A stretch of DNA of 64,000 nt from Amphiscolops sp. MND2022. Lineage: Eukaryota. This document shows, one piece after another, positions 13,901 to 25,910 of this stretch. Under the pieces are notes generated by a model, which was not told the origin of the DNA, did not search any database, and saw only the letters and a program-made list of their open reading frames with translations. The stretch is taken from NCBI GenBank assembly GCA_964187785.1, contig OZ076416.1:29140001-29204000 (forward strand), in the 5' to 3' direction. Both the position numbers and the translations under genes were made by a program. Within the stretch, counting starts at the first letter, position 1. The number at the start of each line of letters is the position of its first letter.

Positions 13901-16900
13901 TCGTATGTATTCGAGGTTCTGTACGTCGTTTTCTAGCGTTTCGAGTGTGGTTTGGAGGTTCGTAGTTCAAGTTGATGATCTTGAACGAATGAACCAAAAA
14001 GCAGACCGATCGCGTTGAACTCACGAGAAAAAAAACTAGCCACTGTAATAGTCGTGCATTTTCTTCGAATTCGCCGACTAAAAACACGGAACACTACAGT
14101 TAGTGCAAAGACGAGAAGAGATAGCTAGACCGTGAACAACAAGAATAAAACAAGCCATCATACTTGTTTCCACTTTCTCTAATTACCCTCAATCACCACA
14201 ATTCGCAATTTCTGGTTACACTGTGTATCGAAATTCACGATGAACACACTGCACTGTTTCACAAGGATACGATTCGCTCTCGTTTTACGGAAAATGCACA
14301 TTGCCCTTGATAAAAAAATCCACTTTTGCGGCATATGTATCGTAATGTGACCAGAAAGCGCGCACAAAGAACAGTCTGGGTCCCGTATAGACCAAACACG
14401 CGAAGCTGAGAGGAAAATGCAGAAAAAGACGGAGAACTGATATATCGAGCAAACGGATTGGGCGTATTTGAAACAATGACGCGTTTTTATTGGCTGTTAA
14501 TCGAACTAGCAAGATCTTGCTAGTTCGGTGCGGCATATGTATCGTAATGATCAACCAATGGCGGAACTAAAAAAATAAACACGGTTCTAGGAAGTGAGGG
14601 AGCAATTCAAGTCATAAAAGGAGACAGCCTCTCGATCGTCGATATAAAAAACAACAGTACGGACGGAAAAGAAGTCCACTACGTCCAAATAAATCAAATC
14701 ACCGGAACCGTTACATATGGAAACAAAGTTACGTATGAAACAAATGAAAGAAGCCGAGAAGGACTTCATGTTGGATCTGAAATCATTTGACAGCGAAATC
14801 GGGTACTGACGCAGAATTGAATTGAGTGAACCTGGCCATAAACCGAAACAACAATTCAACGGCCCACGACGAAATGGGACTGATATTTAACAACGATAAA
14901 ATTAGAGTCCCAAATAAACTTAGAAGAAAACTAATGGTTACCTTGGAGTATGGACAATCCGGAACCACAAAGATGGCTGCAGAAGAAAATTCCTCCTGGT
15001 TGCTCAACATCACACGAGACTTCAAAGAACGAGTGAAAACAAAAAGGTGTATAATGCCTACCCTAAGGTAAGATTGTGAAATATCAACTACCGAAACATG
15101 ATAGCGGAAAGTTGAAACAACTTACCGAACCGGCACAAGAAATCAAAGCAGATTTATCCGGAGAGTTACGGAAATGAAAATTAAACGGGGAGAGCCAATT
15201 ACGTAAAGGGACAACTGTAAAATTATGTAAAACAAACAAAAAATGCTGATAGATTTTTCAACACAGCATTCCAACTTCTACGAAATACGGGAAAAATCAA
15301 ACCAGATGAAAGCGGAGTATTTATCGCCAGAGAATGTACCGAATTTTGCATATCGAAAAACATCGAGATTGAATAATGCACACTGAACCGAAATTAAGGG
15401 CTGAAAAGGCGAAAAAAGCAAAAAAAAGGGGACCTTTTGGGTTTTTTGAAACTCCAGTTTGTTACAAAATTTGGAAAAAAAAAGAAAAAAGAAGGGGGAC
15501 ACCTTGGAGACATTAAAAACGTTTGGAGAAAATAAATAAAATTGAGAAATGTTTCCAAAAATTTTTTCCTTCTCCAGAATGTTTTCTACTTGTTTATCAT
15601 ATTTTGCAACAAACGGGTTTTTCAAAATGCCCGAAAGGTCCCTCACGTTACAATTTTGATTATATTACACGGTAACTCAATATTACGTTACTTAATCGTA
15701 AAATGATTATTTGCTTAATTAACGTATTATTAAGTTAACAAGGATGACAATCTTGTCGTCAAAGTTACCCACAATACATAATTTGAATATATTACGCTGT
15801 GTGAACCCATCATTTACTGTATTCTGGTCAAAATGTGTACCAGAATAATGTGAATTTCAATCAAGTTCCGTACAGATGAACGAAGTGGGAATTAGGCAAA
15901 GTGCGTAATTGAAAATTGTGTGAAGGTGACTAACCACGAACATTATTCACTTAGAGAAACGATTAATGCAATAGTCTAATGACTATGGAACGTGATTAAA
16001 ATAACAACGCGTTGTTATTGGATCTTCATCAAACTAGCAAAACCTTGCTAGTGCAATTCGGCTAATGTATCGTAATATCGTAACGATTTTGAACCTTGTC
16101 GGAGTGCCGAAAAAAATTAAAAATATGACCCATTGGATTTTTAACATCCTTTCTTTCGCAGAATTGAAGGGGTGCCTCTGGTGCAGTTCAAAAATTTCCG
16201 CAGAAAGGTCTCAGTGCCAAAAAATCCAATTGAAAAACACCAAGATAGCCAAAGTGGGATCCTTAATAAGTTCTCGAGATTCTAGAAGTCGCTTTCGTTT
16301 TTTTTGTTTTGGGTGAGGTTCTCAGGTTTCGAGTGTATTGAACCTCCGTAGTTCAACTTGTTGAAAAACCTAACAAAAAAGTGGGCCTCAGGCGTCTGAA
16401 AAACCAGTGTAAGAGAAGGGCATAGTTCTTCGAAATGTGACCAGGTATGAAGAAGTTGATGCGTCCAACTAGTTGGCAATGGCGAAAACAGAAGCCTCAG
16501 AAAAAGTGGTGTAAAAACAACCGAAAATGAAAAATTTGGTTAGTGAGTACCTTTCAATTTTGTTAATTTGTAGAAAGTAGGCAGTAAGCGAAACGGAACA
16601 TATCATCACTACAGAAGACGGAAACTTATTTCGTGAAAACATATTTCGTGACTGAATATTTTTCAGAATGACAAAAAGAAAGACCGGTGACAAAATAACA
16701 CTGTAGAGAGAAATCCACACTGTCTCCGCAGCTTAGATGGAAAACACACTCAGCGGAATTTAATTCTGAGGGATAAAGCGGATGGAAATTTCAAAATTAT
16801 ACAAAACCGGAGCCGAAAATCAGACACTGATGCTGAAAGCGAGGAAGGAATTATCAAAGATCAAGATGAATTAACTTCGAAAGGAACAACCTTGACACAT

Positions 16901-18171
16901 CGGAAAGGACCGTATACAAGCCAATAACGACAAACCCGAAGATGAGTTGAACCTACATACCGACAGCGAAATTCATACTGGTGAAGCTAAAAGTTTTAAA
17001 AAAACAATAACCGAAAATACCCAGAAGGTCAAACCGGGAAAGTAGACAAATGAATAGATACGAGGGGTACCATATTCAAAAATGTTTTTGACATAATAAA
17101 GATGGTCTTTGAAACTTTCAAGATTTAACCTGGAAGCCTACCGAGACCATAGGACTTTGAAACAGAGAGCAAAGCGCACTGGCATGCTCATCGAAAGCAT
17201 AGAAGGAAACTTCCCCAAAAAGGGCTAGTGTTATAATACGGATTCCGATTTATTCGTTTCAAAAGCTGCAATCAACCTGATCTTAAAATGAGCAGTAGTG
17301 ATTGGATTTTATGTTGATACATATTTACACGTTTACATACAATATGTATCGTAGAACAACTTTATACAGAATCATTGGTACTTGTTTTTGCTATAACGAT
17401 CAGTTGGTGAATTGAAGATTTTAGAAATACAATATATTTTTATAAGCAAGCCAAAATAGAACAGTGGATTTTTTCTCGAAAACGATCGGTTTGGTTTTCG
17501 TGTAGTTAAAATCAGCACTGTTCAACATCACCCAACCTATTAGCCAAATTATTCCTCTAAGGCCTGAGTTGAGATTTTGAAGCAAAGCTATATTATTAAG
17601 CATTAGAAAGTGCCTTTCATTTTCGAACGCTTTTTCAGATTTTCAACGGTCCTCATTGGGGTAATTCTTGGCTGTGTTAGATTGATAGAAGTTCCTCAAT
17701 AAATGTCCTAGGGCATAATAAAAGACTTGGACCGTTCCTGGCTTGTTTAAACTTTCAATGGTCAGTATAATTGACAAATTATCTTCAAAACCTTCCGGCG
17801 AGTTTGATGATTAATTTGAAACAAATATCATCCTTTAGGAGTTATCATTGCCTGGCCGGTTACCTAAGAACTTTCTTTTCGTTTTTTGCTTGAAACTGGA
17901 ACACCAAAATAGCTGCCAAAGTTTCAATTTGTTTAATCATTTCCCAAGTTGGTCACTTTTCAAGTCTGATATATGACTTTTTTCAATTTGCTCACATCTG
18001 CATGATGCATACTAGAGAAATTATATCGCTTGCGAATGCTTCTGAAATGAAAAAATAACAAAAAGGACATCAGATGCAAATTTGTCTTTCTTCAATTACA
18101 AGCCTTCGCGAAAGAACATTGTTATGATGTATCGATGGATTGTAAATTATTTATCAACGTTTGAATCAGCA

Positions 18172-18501
18172 ATGGCTGCTTATGTTCATCAGAAAACCTG
18201 TTTCACTACATTACTAATATCGGGATGGTATATTTTCTCAACGATTAATGTTTTCTACAGTACTGTTATATTTTTGTCCGAAGATCACCAAATTGAAGTA
18301 TTACTTGTTACAATGCTTTTTTGTCAGTACCTTTTGGGTGGTATCCCACTAATTTGCTCCTCAATATTGACCCATCCCTCTTCGGGGGAGAAATCTGCTG
18401 TGGAGTTCAACCAAGCTGACGTCATATCCGGTTTCTTCTACCTTATCGGCAATTTGAGTGCCTCAATGTCCTTAGCGTACACTTCTGTTTCTGTCAACCA
18501 G
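18172..18501 (+). CDS. Exon 1 of TPT/SLC35E-pyruvyltransferase fusion gene (N-terminal transporter half)
   Basis: LLISGWYIFSTINVF, TMLFCQYLLG and GFFYLIGNLSASMSLAYTSVSVNQ match TPT-family TM1-TM4 motifs. Joined in phase 0 to ILKALEPVF at 25911 it gives the family VSVSxxxxxKALEP motif. Start ATG is 18172 (GCAATGG); 18124 and 18127 are in-frame alternatives. The donor is CAG|GGATGT (non-canonical). Confidence 0.8.
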
Positions 18502-19382
18502 GGATGTTGCATTCGTTTCTCATACAAATCACAGCATTGGTAGCTAGTGAAATAAAGTTCTCCCCATTGGAAGGCCTTTTTACATGTAAATTGCTATTCG
18601 TTATTGGAACTAAAAGTGATTCACTCAATCTAACTTTACAATCTTCGAAGAGTTTAAAGATGCTTCTGAGATCCTTGAAGACTAAGTTGAGAGAAACTTC
18701 TGAAAACTACCGATTTCAACGTCTTGTTGTTTCCGCAAAAACTGAGAACAAAAAGTTTTCGTGATGGATAATGTTCAAACTTGCCTGGGTTTGCAATCAA
18801 TTGAATTCCATTGGTGCCCCAATAATTCTCGTGCATTTAGGGCACAAGAGCACTTTTTCAATCTCAAGGAAAACAAGATTACGCTCCGATCAGATACATT
18901 TTTCAATATTCTTTATCCTTCAAAATTGTATCTTTATTTACGCAACAGTCTCAGAAAATCGATTCCCATTCTACCGAAATCAATTTACTCCTTTCAAGGC
19001 CAGGGATTTAAATTAATTAGAAAATCCGACGGTCGTTTCTGTTTTTAAGGATGCAAATTCGACAGCCGCTGTTCAATTTATCTAGTTCTTAGAGCGTTAG
19101 TTTCGGAAAACTTAAGGTCTTCGGTTTTACTGCAGAGTTTATGCCATGATGCTCATTCAGTTTGAATAAATAGATTTCGGCTCTATCGTGGTCCGTCCGT
19201 TTTTTTAATGGTACATCGATGTCGCATATAAGAAATTCGTTGTAACGTTTTTAGTCGGCGCTTTTCTAAGGAAAAGTGCCCGACTCTTACAGTGACTAGT
19301 TTTTTTTCTTTCTTTTTTTTCGTTAGACTACAATCTCACTCTGATTGGGCCACTTTTCTTACAATCGAAACTACTAAAACTA

Positions 19383-19756
19383 CTAGCATAAGAGGCCAAG
19401 TCCGGTCAGTGGAAATTAGTGCAAAAGGGTCCCCCCTTTCATTTTTTACTTTTTTACCGTAGCCTACAAAACCGGACGAGACTAAAGGTTCCCCCCTTTC
19501 AATTTCGGCATTGTGCGACTTTTTTTTTCAAAAATATTTTAATGTATCAAAAGAGTCCCCCTTTCGAGTTTTTTGATATTTTGCAACAGAATATACGTTG
19601 ATAAAGCCCGGAGGGTCCCCCCTTTTACATTTTTCGGCACTATGCGACATTTTCTGAAAGAAAAAAAATTCAAAAATTTCAAGTTTTTTTCAAAAAACTC
19701 TTTTGCGCTTTTTGAGCCTTAGATATAGCGCCGACTTTAGACGTTCCCGTCTTGTT
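19383..19756 (-). mobile_element. Intronic non-autonomous element (Helentron/Helitron-like candidate)
   Basis: 5' AACAAGACGGGAACGTCTAAAGTCGGCGCTATATCTAAGGCTCAAA, four (A/G)AAGGGGG(A)ACC subrepeats, and a 3' weak hairpin followed by CTAG. Confidence 0.55.
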
Positions 19757-20272
19757 GACATTAAGAGGAGGAAAACGTTTTCCCATGCAATAGTTTCTTT
19801 TCAAATTTCTACATACATCTCATCCGCGTCCTTCCTCAATGTCAGCAAATAGAGAACCAGTGGAAACTTTGGGCTTGGAAAACTTGGAGAACAAAAAAAT
19901 TTACCTACCTGTTATAGGGTTTCTTTATACCCAGTAACTTGTATTTCTTTTTAGATTACAAAGGAGAGAGCAGAGCAAGAATCTATTCATTAACTAGACC
20001 ATGTGGTGAAATGGTTCACCGTTTCTTTTGGTGGTCTACGATTTTGCTGGTACTATTGACAATGTTGATAAATATATGAATAGACAACAACAGTTTGGAT
20101 ATTTGAACATACTATGATTGACAGTTATATATATGTTTCAATTAAAGTTTCTTTTAGTCTTTTTTGTCAACCCTGTCACACTTCTCCTTCTTTGCTTTCT
20201 TGGCCATCTCTGTTCGGGTATATGTTAACACAAAAATTTAGGGTTGTAGTTCGTTAGGTGTTGTTTGTAGTT

Positions 20273-21760
20273 TTATCGTAGACTGTCCTCGCTTGACGAG
20301 AGGTTGATGATTTCGGGTTTGTCCATTGTTGTGGGTTTTTCTATATCGCAGATCATTACGGTGTCTCCGTAATTTTGTGGTGCTCTTCTACTTCTTTGGG
20401 ATCTTCTTTCTCCCGTCGATGTACTCGGTTCATTGTCAGTGTCGGTGTTTTGTTCTTCATTTGTTTCTGTGGGTTCTATTTGTGTAGTCCCCCAGTTTAC
20501 CGTGGCTTTTATGGCATTTGGAGTATTTTTATGTTTTTGTATTGTCTTCTCTTCATCCTCCGATTCAAAGAAAATTTCTTGCCAGTTAGCGAGTCTTTTG
20601 AATTCCGTTGGAATTTTCTTATTTTGCTTTTTCTTCGGTGAAGTTGGGGAGTTGCATTTCTTTGGTCGCGCATTTCTACTTGGTTCATCAATGTTGGCGT
20701 CTTGTGATTGGTTGTTGGTTTGTGCTGTTTGGTATAGATTGGCCAATTTGTGTGAAGTAACCACTTCACGCTTACTCAATAGTGTTGGCAGTGATTTGCC
20801 TCTTTCTTTTATTTTGAGCGTGTGTGGTGTTTCGTTGATGATTCGGCCTTTCTTCTTCTTGTATGTTGCCTCCAGTTTTGAACCTCTGGCACGTTCTCTC
20901 ACCAGAATTTCTGAGTCCTGGTCTGCCGGAAAGTCGCTCATCTCCAGTTCGAAGTTGCTGTCTTTGTCTGAAACATTGTAGTTCGGTTGTGGTTTAGTAG
21001 TTATTATGTCTTTGACAGTAGTAAATTTTCGATTTTCATGTAGTTCCGCTGGTGACAATTTATTTTCTTTGGGGGCAGTTCGCAGTGCGTATAGTAGTTC
21101 GGATAATCCGGTGTTTTCTTTATCCAGTACTATTGTTTTATTTGCCCTTAATCGTTCGTTTATAGTGCGGATTAATCTTTCTACTTTGCCGTTGCCCCTG
21201 TGATCGTAGATTGGATAGATAATGTGTTGAATAAAATATTTACGACAAAAGTTTTGAAATTTTTCGCTTTTAAATGCTGTTCCCGGGTCTGTACGAATTC
21301 GTCGTGGGTTTCCGTTATTTGCTATATAGTTAGTTAAAAATTCTATTACTTTGGAGGTGGTGGGGGCGCGGAGAAATTTTGCGTCAGGCCAACCTGATTT
21401 ACTATCTACCGAGACTATGAGATATTTCTTTGAGCTACGTGCGATTTTGAACGGCCCCGCTAAGTCGATTGCTATTTCTTCATTTATTGTTATTGGGGTT
21501 GGGAGTTTACCGAATTGTTTTTGTTTTAAAAGAGTTAATCGACTTACCCGGATTTTGACATTCAGAGCACGACTTTGTAAGAAGTGTGATATCTCGGTGG
21601 ATACGTGGCCACCAGATATCCGAAATATGGCGTAACATTTGATCGCGGCCAGGGTGTCCCCAGTGTAATGAATTTTTGATCGGGGTTTGTAAGACTTTTG
21701 GGATTATAAGACGAGCATCTAAGTATAAGAGATCGTTTTCATCTAGTGAAAGGGAAGTAA
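20273..21760 (-). pseudogene. Element A integrase with C-terminal tail, one frameshift near 21530
   Basis: HHCC (LHWGHPG...SCSEC) lies in one frame. The DDE core (IAIDLAGPF, RTDPGTAF, NGKVERL) lies in the next frame and continues into ORF 20273-21058. Confidence 0.9.
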
Positions 21761-21817
21761 AACGTTCACGCCATGGGCTGTCGAGTGCTTTTATTTTGGC
21801 TTTTGTGGGATTCTTGA

Positions 21818-22650
21818 TTAGATTGATGATTTTTTGTAAATTTTCATCATCTTGTAATTGGCGATTAGTAAATTTTCACCGATTTTATTGGCAATTGGTA
21901 ATTTTGATTCAAAATTTTGGGAAATTGAATAACCTGCAATCGTATTGATTGAGTTTGTTTGTCCCATTTTGTTGTCGTTGTTGAATTGCAGTGTATTGCG
22001 TGCTTTGAATGAATCACGAATGCTTTCACTTTTACTGCGTTCATCGCCACGTCTCAACTTGATCCAATGGCGGCCTCTGATTGGTCCGTTGAATTCTTCA
22101 GCTAAAATGCTATTTACATTATTTACATGATTCACTGTGAACCAGTTGTTCCACAATTCTTCTGTACCTTCTATTGGAGATGGGTGTCTTGACAAGTAAT
22201 TTGCAATTCCGATCGTTCTGCCTGGAGCATGGAAGATTTCAAAATCGAAAGGAAGTAGACGATCAACCCATCTTGTGAGTCGGCTTGAGTATGTTTTGTT
22301 ACCTTTGTTACTTTTTAAAACGGTGGCTAGTGCTTTGTGGTCAGATACGACTTGGAATTTTATCCCGTATAGATAGTTTTTGAAATGCTCGACTGCCCAG
22401 ACAACCGCCAATAACTCAAGTTCATTAATTGAGTATTTTTCTTCTAATGGTGTGAGGAAACGTGAAGCGAAGTGGATTGGTCTCCAACCAATTTCTTCTT
22501 GCTGTTGTAGTACAGCACCTAAACCTGCTTTACTGGCGTCGCAAATAATTCTTATTTTTCCGCTTTTCTTGAAGTGACCTACTTCTGTAAGTTTCTTGAC
22601 TTGTTTATTTATTTCTTCGAAAGCTTTGTCATGACTTTCGGTCCAACATC
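21818..22650 (-). pseudogene. Element A RNase H
   Basis: DASK...LAVVWAVEHFKNYLYG...SDHKAL...RLTRWVDRL motifs. Confidence 0.9.
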
Positions 22651-23914
22651 ATGCTTTGTCCTGTTTCAACAATGGGCGTAATTTAAAGCATAGTTGTGCC
22701 AAATTGGGTATGAACCTGTTTAGTTGGTTCACTGCGCCCAAATACGACCTTAGTTCCTTTAAATTTTTTGGTTGAAGCTTGTCAGTTATCGCTTGAATTT
22801 TTGTGTTGATTGGCTTTATTCCTGTTTGTGTTAGGTGGTACCCTAACCATTCTATTTCGCTTTGTGCGAATTTACATTTCTCCCATTTTAGCCGTATGTT
22901 CGCTTTATCTAGTTTTTCTAGTACTTGTTTTACTCTTGCGTAATGGTCTGTTTCGCTTCCTTTTGTTACTATTAGTATGTCATCCAAAAAGACATACGTA
23001 TTTGCAATGTTGGATAATTTTTTATCCATAACTTTCTGGAACTCGGTAGGCATCACTGTGAGTCCATAGAATCCAGTGATGAAGCGATATGTTCCCGTTG
23101 CTTTGCCGCCTATTATTTGGAAATTGCAGTGGCGTGCCGTTTCCTCATCTAATGGTATTTGGCCATAGGCATATCGCATATCTAACAAAGTGTACCACGC
23201 TTGTCCGCTTTTGTTATTATCTAGTTGTTCTGCTACCATGTCTACAAGATGTTCTAAATTCGGCATTTGGTATTTGTCTTTAATTAATTCATTGTTTAGC
23301 GCGCGTGCGTCTAGTGCGACTTTTACACTTTTGTCTCGCTTTACTGTTATTACAACCGGTTGGATAAATTGTTTATCTGTTATATCTGTTACTCGTTCAA
23401 TATGTCCTTCATTCAATAGTCTTTCAATTCCTTCTTGGACCGCGTCTTGTAATTGGATAGGTACTCGTCTACCTTTCTGTTGCGTTATTTTGGCTTCTGG
23501 TTTGAATTCAATTTTTACAGTATCATCACGAATTTGTCCTTGTCTCGTGAACAAAGAGGAAAATTGGTTTTGTAGTTTAATCTTTTCGTTATTGTTATCA
23601 TTATCGTTCCAAGTTTTTGGTTTAGTTTGTTCACTTGGTTGCGTTGTTTTATTTGGTTGTTTAATATTTTGTTTAATTGTGTAAATAGCTTTGTTACCTT
23701 CGTCTTTTGTTGGAGATACGACTTTGTAGTTGAATGCATTCAACCAATCACGTCCAATTAGTGACTTCGCGCCTTTGTCTGCAATCAGTATTCGGGCTTT
23801 GTTTAGTTTGCTATCACCCACTTCTAGATGACAGAATATGTAGCCCAATAGTTGTAGCTTCCGTTTGTTGAAGTCCACATATTCCTCATCTTCTGGTAGT
23901 TCTCTGATGAACAA
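22649..23914 (-). CDS. Element A protease C-terminus and reverse transcriptase
   Basis: LIGRDWL, LDARALN, YAYGQIPL, YGLTVMPTEFQ, FLDD catalytic motif. Confidence 0.93.
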   Translation of the reverse strand: MFIRELPEDEEYVDFNKRKLQLLGYIFCHLEVGDSKLNKARILIADKGAKSLIGRDWLNAFNYKVVSPTKDEGNKAIYTIKQNIKQPNKTTQPSEQTKPKTWNDNDNNNEKIKLQNQFSSLFTRQGQIRDDTVKIEFKPEAKITQQKGRRVPIQLQDAVQEGIERLLNEGHIERVTDITDKQFIQPVVITVKRDKSVKVALDARALNNELIKDKYQMPNLEHLVDMVAEQLDNNKSGQAWYTLLDMRYAYGQIPLDEETARHCNFQIIGGKATGTYRFITGFYGLTVMPTEFQKVMDKKLSNIANTYVFLDDILIVTKGSETDHYARVKQVLEKLDKANIRLKWEKCKFAQSEIEWLGYHLTQTGIKPINTKIQAITDKLQPKNLKELRSYLGAVNQLNRFIPNLAQLCFKLRPLLKQDKA

Positions 23915-25010
23915 TGTTTTGCGCTTCTTTTTTTTATTTCATCAATAGCAAATATTGTCACGGGTGATCCAGAGTCTACCATTGTTTGAAATGGATTTCC
24001 ATTTATTTTTCTTTTCATGGTGAATTGTCCTTTGTTATCACCCTCGATCGTGAGTACTACCTTCTCGTTATCCACAATTGAATCTTCGCTGCTTTCACTC
24101 CACTCATCAATACGTTGAACACTTTGAGGAGGTTTTGCTACTTTGCGGTTTTTCGCAAATGTTCCGGCTCCTCTAGTTTGGCAACATCGGGCAAAATGTC
24201 CTTTCTTTCCGCATTTCATGCAAGTGACGCCCAAAGCTTTACACTCTTTTAAATGTTGTGGTGTAAATACTCCTTCACATCTGAAGCACTTTTTGGTGGG
24301 TCCCCATCGTTCATTGGTTTGGTTAATGTTATTCACGTCAGTTATTTCAGTTTTTATGTTTGGCTTATCTAACGTGCCAAATGATTGTTGTCTCAATGTG
24401 CCTTCCTCGTACGCAACGGCAAATTGAATTGTTTCAGCCGCTGTTGGCTTTGGTTCTGTGCACAGTTTTTGTTGAACTTCTTGATTTATCATGTTCACAG
24501 TGAAAACATCTTTCACTAAACTATCTGTTATTGTGCCAAAGTTGCACTTTGCGGCTAATCCATTTAGTTCGTTCCAGAAGTTCTTCAATGATTCGCCTTC
24601 TTTTTGTTTTCGGGATAGAAATTTGAAACGATCAAGAGTTTCATTTTTCGGCTTCTCGAAGCAGTCTTTGCAGTTCTTTAGCAGATCGGGAAGTGATATG
24701 GTTGGTATGTTGGTGGTGGGAAACTTGTCGGCGATTGATTTGCGTCCTGTTGATCCCAGTGCAAGGTAAAGTATACTGATAGCCTTCTTGGTAGCTGGTA
24801 CTTCGTCGAGATCTCCCATTAAACTTTTTTTTTATCTCCCGTTTTCATCAGTTCTGCGATTGATATGTTGTTTTTGGCCATTAATGCCACTTCGAATATA
24901 TCTCGCCATTTTTCCCATTCTAATGTAGGGTTTTTGGAGGCATCTTGCCAATAAGTTGGAAGTCCTGCTAATGCCTGGGTTCCCGTAGAAAGTTCGGCTC
25001 GCAGCGCCAT
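23824..25010 (-). pseudogene. Element A gag with CCHC knuckle and protease active site, frameshifted at poly-A runs
   Basis: MALRAEL...WEKW start, CMKCGKKGHFARCC knuckle, MVDSGSPVT protease motif. The breaks at ~24825 and ~23930 fall in A-runs. Confidence 0.9.
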
Positions 25011-25910
25011 GTTATAGGGTTTCTTTATACTCAGTAACTTGTATTTCATTTTAGATTACAAAGGAGAGAGCAGAGCAAGAATCTATTCAATAACTAGACC
25101 ATGTGGTGAAATGGTTCACCGTTTCTTTTGGTGGTCTACGATTTTGCTGGTACTATTGACAATGTTGATAAATATATAAATAGACAACAACAGTTTGGAT
25201 AATTGAACATACTATGATTGACAGTTGTATATATGTTTCAATTAAAGTTTCTTTTAGTCTTTTTTGTCAACCCTGTCACACTACCTCTGACAATATTTCG
25301 GACAAGAAAAAAATGTGGAATGCGTAGCAAAGGCTCTTGCGAAGTTTATAGCTGCAGTTTTTGGACTTCGAAGGTCCGTTTTTCCAAACCTATTGTAAGT
25401 AGCGGTATAGTCTTCCTGTAGAACATTCGGCACGACTCTCAGTTACACTTTTTATTTTGTTTCCAATAGAAGCTCTGGTGTGACGTCAACACACATTTTC
25501 AAGGTAAATACGTTCAGGTCTCTCTTGAACAAATGTATCACGTCTAGGCAACCTTTCTCATGGTCCACTAGGTGTAAGTTTTATGGCTTTAAGCGTTTGT
25601 TTGGCCAAAACATTGGGGTTTTCAAAAAATTTTGTCGGAGCATACGTAGTAATTTGCTCAGATAAAAAGTCCAAAACTGAAATTTCTCCAAATCAGGATT
25701 TTAACACCAAAATCACAGGGTAAAAACTTCCACATCAGGATTTTATTCTGTTCCTATGAAAAAAAAATTTGAAAGAAAGTTAGTTTGACATCTTGATACA
25801 GCGCATATCACGCAGATTAAAAAAATTTGTGCTACTTTGTATATATTGTATAAAAAATATTAAACTTTTCTTATTGCAAAAAAATGAGCAACATTCTTGT
25901 TGTGAACCAG

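Larger units (their letters stand above)
9172..16224 (+). repeat. Tandem duplication of ~3.5 kb (9172-12708 and 12716-16224)
   Basis: Both units start CAATTTTAGCGTATGTTT and end GGTCTCAGTGCCAAAAAA, with a 7-bp linker. Paired ORFs are offset by 3504-3516 bp and carry many substitutions (roughly 90% identity by eye). Confidence 0.95.
7150..17420 (+). mobile_element. Old, heavily degenerate Ty3/Gypsy element with diverged LTRs and nested insertions
   Basis: Direct repeats at ~7150-7330 and ~17250-17420 (TTATGTTGATACATAT(C/T)TACA...TGGTACTTGTTTTTGC...AACGATCAGTTG). Between them are frameshifted remnants of gag with a zinc knuckle (CNSCGKRG, ~8200), protease, RT (FQEKTDRAL...), RNase H and integrase. 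Confidence 0.7.
19910..25280 (-). mobile_element. Full-length Ty3/Gypsy LTR retrotransposon A (frameshifted), antisense in intron 1 of the fusion gene
   Basis: 271-bp LTRs at 19910-20180 and 25010-25280 (TGTTA...TCACA, 6 substitutions). 5-bp TSD CTACC. PBS TGGCGCTGCGAG at 25009. PPT AAGAAAGCAAAGAAGGAGAAG next to the 3' LTR. Domain order is gag-PR-RT-RH-IN. Confidence 0.97.

Noticed and set aside
18493-18498. Canonical alternative donor TCT|GTCAAC for intron 1
   Set aside because: In frame, but deletes VNQ from the conserved VSxxxxxKALEP helix and matches U1 poorly; kept only as the refuting alternative.
23925-24835. Programmed ribosomal frameshifts in element A
   Set aside because: The breaks fall mid-domain (early gag and inside protease) in homopolymers; mutation or sequencing error is more likely.
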